61,918 nt of DNA from an uncultured Fidelibacterota bacterium (GCA_902559415.1 CACEHW010000002.1:1-61918), one strand, 5' to 3'; counted from the first letter of the stretch, positions 21,201 to 28,825 are shown. Notes: generated from the sequence alone by a model not told the origin. Program-made: numbers and translations.

Positions 21201-23006
21201 ACCAACATTGTTAGTTATAACACCATTTTTAAACCAATTAATTTCTGTATTCTGTTCACTATCACCATCTGGATCAAAATAAACATAGGAAACTGTAATA
21301 TTGTCATTCTCATTCGGGACAGCAGGAACTAGTGCAACATCATAAGCCTGTGGCGGGCGATTTACAGCTATATATGCATATGCCGAACCAGAACCAAAAC
21401 CAAGGTTTCCACCCATATCTGTAGCACTGACTTTATAGTAGAGCGGGACATTAAAAGGAGCACCATCATCTACATAATCAGGAGAAGCTGAAAAACCAAC
21501 GAAGTTGCTAAAATTTGGTTGGAAAAGTGAATCAGGAGCCCTGTGAATGCTATAGTAATTAAAATCATCTACAACAATCGGATTCCAGCTTAATGTAACT
21601 ACAGTATTTTCTACGCTAGCGACTAAACCATTCGGAGCTGGAGGTGCAATATTATCGTAAGACCTACCAGTAGAATATTGTGAATGGAAGAATAAATTTG
21701 GGTTATCTGTATGCGCAACTACTTTAAAAGCGGTTGGTACTTCATCCTCTAAGGTAGTTACAACTGAGGCATATGGCGTATGACCAACCCACGGAATTGT
21801 ATTTAGATAATCCCAAGTACCAAGTTCACTAACCATAACATCATTACCTGAAGGAGTTACCAGAGATTCTCCTTGACCTGGGACTGTCCAGAAAAGCTCA
21901 CACATAGCACCACCACCATTTTCATAGTATTCTAAAACGACAGTATGTTGGCCTTCTGTTAGTTCAATTGAGCCGCTATGAGAAGTCGGTGGGAAATCAA
22001 ACCACTGGTCAATCACAACAGCGCCATCAACAAAAAGCCTCACACCATCATCCGAGTGAGTTCTGAAATCATATAATCCAGTAACAGGCGCATAGATATC
22101 GCCAGTCCACCTAACCTGAAAATCATCATTAACAGGTAATGGGTTTTGATCAAAATTTATATTAATCAATGAGTCCTCTCTTGTTAGTAGAAGCTCTCCA
22201 AATTCTGGAGATGTACCCGCTCCAGGACTAGAAAAATATTCACCGTAGAATACTCCATTGCCTGATGATGTGAAATCAGAAGGATGAGGGCTGTATCTAT
22301 AAATGCTGAATTCTGTAAAGTATGGTAAATCAATTAAATCACCAGGTTCCCAGGATAGCATCATCTGCTTGCCTTGGTCATTATTGATATCTGTTAGTGA
22401 AGTAATATGCGGGTTTTGATTAGGAGCTTCAAAGATATCTATTTCTTCGATTGTGATAACTCCCTCAGCATTCAGAGCAACCGTTAGGTAATTACCATCA
22501 CAGTCAACACCCCAACCATAATCATTACACTGCTCACAGTTATTATCATTAACACAGTAATCTTGAGCCCAGCCATCATCATAAACAATAAAATCTATAT
22601 CTAAGGGAGCATTAACCTGCCCTTCTAGGTGCACAACAAAGTCATAAGTCTCACCATAAACAAAAATACCATCTCCGTTAAAAATACCATCACTTGAATC
22701 ACCAAATACAACCTCACCGCCTTGAATCAGCACAGCCGGATCTATGCCTATATCAGATTCTAGATAAGCATCTAGCACTACATTGGATTCACCAAAGTCA
22801 AATCGAACCCCATCAGCATAATTAAGATCTGGGGAAACGACATTTACTGATAACCGGACTGTCGTATGGTTATCACCCTCTGCTCTGAAGGCATTTGCAC
22901 TTACAGAAGTACCCGTGAGATCTCGACTTCCTTGAGCAAAAATTCCTGAGATAAGTAGGGTGAAAATAAGAGAATTAGAAATTTTTTTGACATTATTCAT
23001 GTTCAA
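15261..23006 (-). CDS. Giant T9SS-sorted adhesin-like protein with a PA14 domain, FN3-like domain, many cadherin/Ig-like VNDAP-delimited repeats and a T9SS CTD
   Basis: 2581 aa with a signal peptide. PA14-like FQVRWTGDIYAPVTGLYDFRTHSDDGVRLFVDG. More than 15 repeat boundaries of the (P)VNDAP type. The C-terminus is NYPNPFNPTTTINY...GMYIYTIQAGDFRQVRKMVLLK. Confidence 0.9.
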   Translation of the reverse strand: MNMNNVKKISNSLIFTLLISGIFAQGSRDLTGTSVSANAFRAEGDNHTTVRLSVNVVSPDLNYADGVRFDFGESNVVLDAYLESDIGIDPAVLIQGGEVVFGDSSDGIFNGDGIFVYGETYDFVVHLEGQVNAPLDIDFIVYDDGWAQDYCVNDNNCEQCNDYGWGVDCDGNYLTVALNAEGVITIEEIDIFEAPNQNPHITSLTDINNDQGKQMMLSWEPGDLIDLPYFTEFSIYRYSPHPSDFTSSGNGVFYGEYFSSPGAGTSPEFGELLLTREDSLININFDQNPLPVNDDFQVRWTGDIYAPVTGLYDFRTHSDDGVRLFVDGAVVIDQWFDFPPTSHSGSIELTEGQHTVVLEYYENGGGAMCELFWTVPGQGESLVTPSGNDVMVSELGTWDYLNTIPWVGHTPYASVVTTLEDEVPTAFKVVAHTDNPNLFFHSQYSTGRSYDNIAPPAPNGLVASVENTVVTLSWNPIVVDDFNYYSIHRAPDSLFQPNFSNFVGFSASPDYVDDGAPFNVPLYYKVSATDMGGNLGFGSGSAYAYIAVNRPPQAYDVALVPAVPNENDNITVSYVYFDPDGDSEQNTEINWFKNGVITNNVGSVLPAAATACGDEWYATVVPGDGELLGVEITSNVITICGGNTAPLWSDEIPMIHVPEDSEGNRFEMAGFVNDSEQAISQLVLTVQGNTNEESISAYFQGSQLIVSAISENFYGMSIGTLTLRADDGNEFSDAFVDVSIDPVNDNPVIVSYNGSPSFNEDEGFFFEIYDFSIDDPDNDIVNMSLNILPGENYIRSLEMPGMINTAPNFNGAIEVHVEVLDGSGGANIYIVPMEVNPVNDPSYLITSGSDIINNGPATEEELYSLTLAWKDPDGTEDASVYEVLLGGPADNWLDVTNVYSSGEGVDRIYNAIVSGTPDDVNLGQNDVSFSVIDRSEGFEESFIEYYYIPIGAVNDAPMIEAYTGPTDVHEDESLELSVDKFVVFDPDNSPIDLSLMLIPGDNYSTGSDSKTINPDPNYNGPLTVKAFIGDGEKMDSMNVEINVVPVNDAVMVSNVADGQAVEETAFSMSVTWTDIDGNSVDNYEASLAGIASNWVSLGAITEAEGVYSVILSGTPDDENLYQNDISLKIIDQSEGQPFEKNIFFSIAIDPVNDAPVVVSYNGPSEVLEEESFTASINDFVVEDVDNDFPFDFTLLAEAGTGYTVSDDSKSITPGLDFVGTLDVNYSISDGSTSAQFSVSITVLNVNDAPSLTRYNGPGSIAEDSEIVFAASDFAISDSDGSEQSFSISVLDGDNFTVNLNGDGLIPDPNFYGILSVNVVATDQDGASSPVYGFDLSVYGVNDAPIVKDVAISPAVPAIDNDLTLSFLTEDIDGDNVIASVAWYKNGFLESSQTGLTVLAAATACDEEWHAVVTPNDGTVDGVSYTSNTVTICGANTAPVWTWTEPVLLEEDGSVEIDVYTKMYDEEQAPSQIVYEILSQTGGDKVSASISGQILTLEASDLNFNGDAASEITLNAYDGGYDVPVTFSVNITPVNDAPIAVNDAYNVDEGGTVVSDVNAGLLSNDSDVDGDDLQIMVVDQPMHGILTVNTDQSFSYVHNGSETTSDMFTYMNSDGELSSNTAEVQISVNPVNDAPVVVYSASFETLEETPFDILVSDFVVEDPDTEQGSLSLEITSEAVSFTKENNADWTLEVNQDRISETVWLTRASNQGIFNIYSQDSYSPNGPSGTMWRWGATEDDNYSSLEYTSLNAAILQSGYNVNQALVQQVAGTPVLSLYLTDTGQYYDVTFTSYSGNNSGGGFSWNRTPVGGNYTATEIAEGYTITPSENFSGQFVIPITFSDGIASSNVEEVFVNVIGNNDVPEIVNTLADIAVDEDADPVVVSLYGSETLPYFIDNDGDDLVFEAYTAGTDLVMPMVMGDTLHLDFYPDAYGNDVVYIMGTDASGESAVDTIAVSVASVNDAPVITTAAYFVIEEEDSFIVSIEDFVYYDIDSEESSLTLALEDGDGYSIQMIDTGYKVIADPNVSDTLYVPSTISDGEASSNVWNLMVIVQPSNDAPIVVTAASDIVVDEDSEDIVISLMGSETDPYFYDSDGDSLNFDVFTYGTGVVSAMVEVDSLHLSFSPNFFGEDTVVIIATDPSGDDVMDTLVVTVNSVDDTPEIVDAPSFETLEDDSLDVFIYQFVIRDNDTQLESISLDISAADDTAQVVDHYTISPIQYGFRIVPNENFFGDIPLVVTAYDGSSYSEPYYVSLYVVPVNDDPEIIVPIADIYAEEDAEPFIVNLAGSETEPYFLDVDGDSMEFDIMATNHDIFDFSVEGYDLEIAPMINMFGVDTLHIVGTDGSGSFVYDTVLVFINSVNDAPGVFSLITPEDSAEVIITAESVAGAATIDVSWTMSEDVDGDSVAYGFLLFNGPYSVETPALYSADVGVTELMIPHSSAIALLETAGFQSITCDWLVFATDGQDTTMSDEIRSLFIDARPLLSVDESMVPKAFALHQNYPNPFNPTTTINYDIPESQIVSIMIYDVMGREVRTLINEFQEVGYRAIRWDATDNLGRSVSAGMYIYTIQAGDFRQVRKMVLLK

Positions 23007-23174
23007 TTTTCCTTATTGTGTTGATGTAGCAAAAAAAGTTGTGTTCAAAAACGAGTTCTAATTTAATTAAAATTTGTTCTGATGGATAAAATTTATGGTG
23101 ATTTTTTAAAAAATTTTATGAGAGAAAAATCAAAGTTTTATTAGTGCTATTCTACTTAGCTTAATTAAAAATTT

Positions 23175-23831
23175 TTAGTAAGGTCCATATAGTTCCATTA
23201 TCCTTTTGGTCAGCGTCTCTTTTGTATGTCTAAATGATTCGGTGTTTTCCATTATTGCTTCAAATGCCTGATGTATCTCTTGTGTGTTTTCAACAATCAT
23301 CGTTTTATTATCTTTAATATCATCATCGAATTTTATTAATTGCTCTATAGCATTTTCAATAAGCTCTTCACGCTCTTCAAGCTTTTTGCGAAAAAGCTCA
23401 ATTCTTACATCAATCTCTGCAGATAATTCATCATAGTTACTGAAAATCAGATCATTGTTCTCTGATATTAGCTCTTGAGCCTCGTATATATCATTCTCAC
23501 GACTAATAGTTCTTATCTCATTCTCCCTTAGCCTATTCAGAAACTCTTCATTTTGCTTTCTGTCCTTATCAGCAACTGATCTAATAGAAAACTGAACTTT
23601 ATTTTTATCATAAGATGCGATCTTCCCGCTTCCATCCTCAACACCACCGATAAATGTAGTAATCTCCCCTAGCCTATTGTATGTTGATATGAAACCACCA
23701 TTTTGGTTGTCAACTACCCTAATAGAATTAACCGTAATATCACCCAAATTGCTTTTTTGTGAGGCGGTAAACATTACAAAGCTCACCGAAAGACAAATTG
23801 CAGTTATAAAACCATGAAAATATTGATTCAT
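23175..23831 (-). CDS. Anchor-family paralog P1: conserved N-terminal hydrophobic anchor, a short beta module and a long coiled coil
   Basis: The ATG at 23831 is preceded by GGAGA (ttGGAGAtaaatATG), so the TTG at 23843 in the track is probably not the start. N-terminus MNQYFHGFITAICLSVSFVMFTAS. The C-terminal half is heptad- and charge-rich. Confidence 0.7.
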   Translation of the reverse strand: MNQYFHGFITAICLSVSFVMFTASQKSNLGDITVNSIRVVDNQNGGFISTYNRLGEITTFIGGVEDGSGKIASYDKNKVQFSIRSVADKDRKQNEEFLNRLRENEIRTISRENDIYEAQELISENNDLIFSNYDELSAEIDVRIELFRKKLEEREELIENAIEQLIKFDDDIKDNKTMIVENTQEIHQAFEAIMENTESFRHTKETLTKRIMELYGPY

Positions 23832-23873
23832 ATTTATCTCCAACTATTTAATTTATTCAAAAGTTTACTGATC

Positions 23874-24482
23874 TTATTTAACCAAGGTATTAACAACACC
23901 CTTACCGGATTGATCTACTCCGACTACTGCTCTTGAGGATCCGATATTGTTATTTACAGATAATAAACCGGCGTCATTCTGATCAGTGCCAAGGAATATA
24001 GTTTCAGAACCTAACCCGTTATAGGTCTTTACCTGACCTCCATTGATTTTATTGGTACCAACAAAAACAGTTTCTTTTCCTCGAAGGTTAAAAAAAGTCA
24101 TTCCCCCACCACCTAGAGATAATGAGGACATACGCAAAGAAGATACCCCATTACGATCATTTAAAAGGAAACTACCTCCACTATTTCCATCAACACCAAT
24201 ATTAATAATTTCTTTTCCTTTTAAGCTTCTTAGTACTAATGCTGAGCCTTTTCTTTTGGATGAAAGTTCGATACCAGCTTTCTTACTTTTTAAAGACTTT
24301 AGCCAGAAATATGAATCCATCCTATCACTACCAATCTCACCAACTTGATTTCCGGCATTATCAACTATAGTGATTTTTTGGACTGTTAGATTATCTATTT
24401 TTCGCTTTTTTGCACCGACAAACAAAAAAAAACTAGTTGTTAAAATAACCGCAGAAATAAATCCAGTCAAATACTGATTCAT
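23874..24482 (-). CDS. Anchor-family paralog P2: N-terminal anchor plus Gly/Asn-rich beta-hairpin-like repeats
   Basis: aaGGAGtatatATG. N-terminus MNQYLTGFISAVILTTSFFLFVGAKK. The body repeats roughly as G-x-G-x-h-x-h-x-N-x-x-G-x-E-x-h-x-h-G. Confidence 0.7.
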   Translation of the reverse strand: MNQYLTGFISAVILTTSFFLFVGAKKRKIDNLTVQKITIVDNAGNQVGEIGSDRMDSYFWLKSLKSKKAGIELSSKRKGSALVLRSLKGKEIINIGVDGNSGGSFLLNDRNGVSSLRMSSLSLGGGGMTFFNLRGKETVFVGTNKINGGQVKTYNGLGSETIFLGTDQNDAGLLSVNNNIGSSRAVVGVDQSGKGVVNTLVK

Positions 24483-24543
24483 ATATACTCCTTATTAAAA
24501 AACTTAAAAACTACAGGTGAGAATGAATTTTTAAGAAAATATG

Positions 24544-25818
24544 TCAAGCAATTTCAAGTGGCTTCATTTTTGAAGAAACACTTTCAAAAAGAGCAGTCTC
24601 AAAGTCAACGTTGCTCTTATAAAAATCACCAAATACAGATTCCCAAATTGAGCTTTCTTCCATACATAAATAAAAGAATAGATCATTATGCCATGCTCTG
24701 AATTCATTGTAGACATTCGAAAATATCTCTGCCTTGACTTCTTTTGTATAAGATGATTTACCTACCGCATCTACCATTGGTATTTGGAGAACTTTACTTT
24801 TTAAACCTGCAGATCTGAGTTTATTAATTGCTGGTTTTATAAATGTGAGTGTTCCCATAGAGATCATTGCGATTTGGTGAGGTTCAAACATTGACATTAC
24901 TTTGTTAACAATATTTTTATAATCATTTTCATATCCCTCATAATAAACGATAGGATGAAAATGAAAACCAACAAGGACTCCTTTATCAGATAAACTTTTT
25001 GCACAGCTTAGTCTCTGATCTAAACTAGCAGTCCCATGCTCTTCATGATCAATAAATATCTGAGGATTTAAAGACCAACTAACAAAAACATTGTCCGGTA
25101 TATCTGTTTTTAACAAGTGGGCTATATTCTTTGATTTTGTTTTGAATTCTAAAATAATATTAGAATTCTCCCTCGCAAAATCTAACTGAGCATCTAGCAC
25201 CCCTTCTCTATTGCCTACAGCTAGTGAATCTGAAGACTGACCAGATCCAATGTGATAATTTTTATTTGGATCCAGAGGTATATTTGAGAGCTTTTCTTTC
25301 AGGTTCTTATCGATAGAAATTTTACCGTCGGTGTAAAATGTCTGAATACTGCAATAACTACAACCAAGGCTACATCCCTGGACAGCATCAATCGTCATTA
25401 AGTTACAACAAACAGTCTTCTCTGATGCGACAGGACACATACCAAAGACCTCATTATCCTGCTCACTTACTTGAATTTTTCTAGGAACAGGCCTTGGTAA
25501 ATTCTTTGTATCAACAGTATCATATTTAATTTTAGATGTTTTCAGTGAATTCCATTCACTCTTGACATGAGATATAACATCTTTTTTGGTCAATGGCCTG
25601 TTTTGAGAGATTTCAAAATTCTCTATACATTTTTTAACTCCAAATTCATCCCACATATAAAAATCTCTAGCTATAATTGAAAGCTGTCTAAGGTCTTGAT
25701 ATGAAAATCTATATTTTAAACTTAGATCTACAATATCTTGCCTATCAACGATATCCAAGTTCAGAAATACTTTGTCATTTTCAATTTGAGAAATTTTACT
25801 TTTAATACTACTATTCAT
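24544..25818 (-). CDS. Radical SAM protein of the spore-photoproduct-lyase (SplB / COG1533-like) family, with an N-terminal extension of about 130 aa
   Basis: CX3CX2C cluster motif GCSLGCSYCS. Downstream blocks (ILEFKTKS...HLL, SWSLNP...DHEEHGTASLDQRL, VGFHFHPIVYYEGYENDY, ISMGTLTF) are collinear with my recollection of B. subtilis SplB. Confidence 0.65.
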   Translation of the reverse strand: MNSSIKSKISQIENDKVFLNLDIVDRQDIVDLSLKYRFSYQDLRQLSIIARDFYMWDEFGVKKCIENFEISQNRPLTKKDVISHVKSEWNSLKTSKIKYDTVDTKNLPRPVPRKIQVSEQDNEVFGMCPVASEKTVCCNLMTIDAVQGCSLGCSYCSIQTFYTDGKISIDKNLKEKLSNIPLDPNKNYHIGSGQSSDSLAVGNREGVLDAQLDFARENSNIILEFKTKSKNIAHLLKTDIPDNVFVSWSLNPQIFIDHEEHGTASLDQRLSCAKSLSDKGVLVGFHFHPIVYYEGYENDYKNIVNKVMSMFEPHQIAMISMGTLTFIKPAINKLRSAGLKSKVLQIPMVDAVGKSSYTKEVKAEIFSNVYNEFRAWHNDLFFYLCMEESSIWESVFGDFYKSNVDFETALFESVSSKMKPLEIA

Positions 25819-25835
25819 CTAAGCCATCACTTTAG

Positions 25836-26330
25836 CTATTTTGCTAAAACCCTTGTCTCTAAGACAGGTAGGTCATTTGTTTCTTCAAGAATATGTACGG
25901 TTTTAACATCTTTAATTATGGTGCCGTAACCATCTGTGAGTGTTATTTCAAATTTATATTCACCTGGCCCAGCATTGAAAGCAACCCTAGGAGAACTTGG
26001 GTTTGGCTCTAAATAAACAGTTTTTCCGGCTACCTGTTTCCATTCAAAAATTAATTTATCTACCTTGTTAGGATCGTAGGAACCACCAGCATCAAGGATA
26101 ACAGTCGCTATATTTGTTTCTGGTCTGCCGTCGTGCTTTATTCTAACCTTAAAAATTTTATCATCGATCGCCTTAGCTTTTTCCCGATCTTCTTTTTGCT
26201 TTTTAAGTTCAGCAACCTTGCGCTCTTTTTTTGCGATTTTCTCTTCTTCAAAAACTTTTTCTAGCTCTATTAAACCAAGCAAAGCAGCAACACATAAAAC
26301 TAGAAATAGTACGGCTGTTCTTTCATTCAT
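25836..26330 (-). CDS. Membrane-anchored protein with a charged helix and a PKD-like Ig domain
   Basis: N-terminal TM AVLFLVLCVAALLGLI, a K/E-rich helix, then VILDAGGSYDPNKVDKLIFEWKQVAG...GEYKFEITLTDGYG (PKD-like pattern). Its stop lies 17 nt before the radical SAM start. Confidence 0.6.
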   Translation of the reverse strand: MNERTAVLFLVLCVAALLGLIELEKVFEEEKIAKKERKVAELKKQKEDREKAKAIDDKIFKVRIKHDGRPETNIATVILDAGGSYDPNKVDKLIFEWKQVAGKTVYLEPNPSSPRVAFNAGPGEYKFEITLTDGYGTIIKDVKTVHILEETNDLPVLETRVLAK

Positions 26331-26410
26331 AAACCAATATCCTGAATTATTTTATTTTTAAAACTATTTTTACAAATAATAACCAATATCTTATAGCTAC
26401 AGTAGCTCTA

Positions 26411-26551
26411 TTACTGCAGTATTCTACTAAAATCAAACATGTGTTTCAATAAGATTGCCATCCCAACATCATAAATAGGTTTAGCATCAGGAGCGCTATA
26501 ATTCCATAGAATTATCCCCAAAAGCCAAACTAAGTATTTTACTTTATCCAT
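26411..26551 (-). CDS. Possible unannotated small membrane protein (46 aa)
   Basis: The ATG at 26551 lies 5 nt after the stop of the Cas4-like gene. Hand translation is MDKVKYLVWLLGIILWNYSAPDAKPIYDVGMAILLKHMFDFSRILQ*. It is below the ORF-track size cut-off. Confidence 0.3.
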   Translation of the reverse strand: MDKVKYLVWLLGIILWNYSAPDAKPIYDVGMAILLKHMFDFSRILQ

Positions 26552-26556
26552 ATAAT

Positions 26557-27495
26557 TTAATTACCTATTTCTTTTTCATCATAACATATTGTCTGAAAGC
26601 TGCAATAACTGCAGGGGTAACTTTCTCTATCCTCACTTGCCAATGGGAATAGGTCAATTTCAGTTTTATTATTATCAACATCGGTCAACAATTCTTTCAT
26701 TGAATCAATACTATTTTCAATAAATCCCTTTGCCGAATCGATTAATCTATTTGTAGGCTTTACCTTAACAGGTAATTGTTGATTAAGATAAACATCAAAG
26801 AGTCTGATTAGATTTAAATCAACATCCCATTTTTGTTTAGCATATAATGCATAAATCGCCAATTGCACTTCATTTTCTTTCGCAACTTTGCCTGTTTTCC
26901 AATCATAAATATAGACCCGCTCACCATGTCTAATAGCAAAATCAAGCTTAACCCAAAGCTTAGCCCCATGAACCTCAAAAGAATCTAGGTCTTCAATCGC
27001 TAGCCACTGGGTATCAGACATAGTTTGAATAAAACGGTATGAATCTGAAGCAAAAAAACCATCAACACTATTTACCATTAGATCTCTAATGTCTAACAGC
27101 TCTTGATCAGACAGGCTCTTTTTATAATAATGCTCAAATAAATTAGCTTTCCACTTAGGACTGTCTTCCCACTCTTTATTTTTAGATTGAGCCCATGACT
27201 GCTTAAAGTTTTTAATAACATTTTCCTTAGACTTTTCTATGTCTGCTTTTCTTCCATAGCGCAAGATTTTAAGAGTTCTTTCCACCTCATCATGTACGAT
27301 AGAACCTGCGAGCATTGGTAGAGAAGTCATTTTATTTAGCATGTATAATTTTTTACTTAACTCATCTGCATCTTTATTCCAACCGCCCCAACTACCGTAG
27401 TAAGAATAGTAGTACTTACGCTTACAAGTATTAAAAGCATTATCCCTTGAGAAACTCCAGGAAAAATCATTTTTGAATTCTTTTTTATCAGCCAT
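26557..27495 (-). CDS. Cas4/AddB-type PD-(D/E)XK nuclease with a predicted 4-Cys Fe-S cluster
   Basis: N-terminal WSFSRDNAFNTCKRKYYYSY (single Cys), GSIVHDEVE, LDFAI...IYDWKTGK (D...D-x-K), QLAIYALYA (QxxxY), and C-terminal CSYCSFQTIC (CX2CX5C). Confidence 0.75.
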   Translation of the reverse strand: MADKKEFKNDFSWSFSRDNAFNTCKRKYYYSYYGSWGGWNKDADELSKKLYMLNKMTSLPMLAGSIVHDEVERTLKILRYGRKADIEKSKENVIKNFKQSWAQSKNKEWEDSPKWKANLFEHYYKKSLSDQELLDIRDLMVNSVDGFFASDSYRFIQTMSDTQWLAIEDLDSFEVHGAKLWVKLDFAIRHGERVYIYDWKTGKVAKENEVQLAIYALYAKQKWDVDLNLIRLFDVYLNQQLPVKVKPTNRLIDSAKGFIENSIDSMKELLTDVDNNKTEIDLFPLASEDRESYPCSYCSFQTICYDEKEIGN

Positions 27496-27497
27496 TT

Positions 27498-28205
27498 TTA
27501 GTTAAAACTATCTAACATGGTAATAATTTCATTTTTCATATAAGGCATGGAAAACGTTTCTACTCTATCATCTTTTAGCTGCGCAACCAACTGTCTGGCT
27601 ACTTGTATCCCATAATATTTTTCAAGGATGTATCTATATAGAGATAATTGCAATGCGTAGTGATTATACTTACAATCATCAATCTTACAACTCTCTTTTT
27701 TGATTCCTTTTTTACCATTAAATGAACTCTTATCGATACGTTTAGAAGTCTTCCAATCAATTAGTACATACTCACCTGTTTTTTTATCCATCATCAGTAT
27801 ATCAATTGTTCCTGCTATGCCAAGTTCTTTACTGTAAACTATAACTTCAGGAAAAGTTTCAATGTTAGGCTTGGAGATATAAGCACCAATCCATTTTGCA
27901 GCAACAATAGATTTGATATCCTTAGGGTCCGTTCCATCTTTTATCCAATTTTCAATTTCAAGATGAACCTCAGTGCCATATTCTCTAGCGAATTGCCACT
28001 GCTTCATAATTGACTCAGGTGTTTCACCAAAGTATTTAGGGACATTATTTACGAGATGATTTGCAATTTTAATTTCATCAAAGGGCTCAAAGAAGCTCCC
28101 TACAAAGGAAGTAACGCTGGTGAATGAAAAATCTGGCTGATCTAAGAGCTTGTACTCATGCTTATCGATTTCTAAGGTAATGTCATTATTATTAATTTTA
28201 TTCAT
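27498..28205 (-). CDS. PD-(D/E)XK (RecB-family/phage-exonuclease-like) nuclease lacking the Fe-S cysteines
   Basis: GTEVHLEIENW, GTIDILMMDKKTGEYVLIDWKTSK (D...D-x-K) and YALQLSLYRY (QxxxY). There is a 2-nt gap to each neighbouring gene. Confidence 0.7.
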   Translation of the reverse strand: MNKINNNDITLEIDKHEYKLLDQPDFSFTSVTSFVGSFFEPFDEIKIANHLVNNVPKYFGETPESIMKQWQFAREYGTEVHLEIENWIKDGTDPKDIKSIVAAKWIGAYISKPNIETFPEVIVYSKELGIAGTIDILMMDKKTGEYVLIDWKTSKRIDKSSFNGKKGIKKESCKIDDCKYNHYALQLSLYRYILEKYYGIQVARQLVAQLKDDRVETFSMPYMKNEIITMLDSFN

Positions 28206-28207
28206 AT

Positions 28208-28825
28208 TTAAGATTTTTTACCTGATTTAAACCACCCTCTATTACCAAATTTATCATACAATAAAACAGAACCATTTCCACTATTATTTGTACCATACTT
28301 TCCTGTAATTCTTCCATCCTTATTAAAAGTAGTTAGGGATTGAATCAAATGAAGAGATTCTTTACCTTGATCATCGAATAAGCTAAGCTTACCATAACCA
28401 CCATCATTACCACCTAATAAAGAAGTTAGTTTGGAGTTATTATTAAAAGTTGATAGTGTACCCTCACCCGATCTATTTTCGCCTAAAGAAGAGGTTTTAA
28501 TACCATTTTCATTAAAAGTATTTAGGTTTCCACCATTTTTCAAATAAACGCTACCTTTTCCTTCTTTACTTGAGTTTATACTAACTACCTCTACATTTTC
28601 AGAGTTATATATTTTTATTTTCCCATTTTCTATTGAAATAAGTTTATCACCTTCTTTATCTACAATCTTCAAAATCCCACCGAATCCATTTTTATCAGTA
28701 ATCGTAACTGAATTCGCAATAATATCACCAAAATGCTGAGATCCTCCAAACTGAGCTCCCATAAAAATAAAAACAGAACAAAGTAAAAGTGCAGATGTTG
28801 TAAATCCTTTTAAATAATTAACCAT
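28208..28825 (-). CDS. Anchor-family paralog P3: N-terminal anchor plus Gly/Asn-rich beta-hairpin-like repeats
   Basis: The ATG at 28825 is preceded by GGAGA (ttGGAGAaaaacATG), so the TTG at 28837 is probably not the start. N-terminus MVNYLKGFTTSALLLCSVFIFMGAQ. The repeats resemble those of P2. Confidence 0.7.
   Translation of the reverse strand: MVNYLKGFTTSALLLCSVFIFMGAQFGGSQHFGDIIANSVTITDKNGFGGILKIVDKEGDKLISIENGKIKIYNSENVEVVSINSSKEGKGSVYLKNGGNLNTFNENGIKTSSLGENRSGEGTLSTFNNNSKLTSLLGGNDGGYGKLSLFDDQGKESLHLIQSLTTFNKDGRITGKYGTNNSGNGSVLLYDKFGNRGWFKSGKKS

Noticed and set aside
23832-23843. TTG-initiated N-terminal extensions (MEIN / MEKN) of P1 and, at 28826..28837, of P3
   Set aside because: The extension itself contains the GGAGA ribosome-binding site, positioned 5 nt before the internal ATG. 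The other three family members all start directly at the M-x-x-Y motif.
26557-27495. The Cas4-like nuclease as evidence of a CRISPR-Cas locus
   Set aside because: No repeat-spacer array and no cas1, cas2 or effector genes occur anywhere in the window. The Cas4/AddB nuclease fold occurs widely outside CRISPR.
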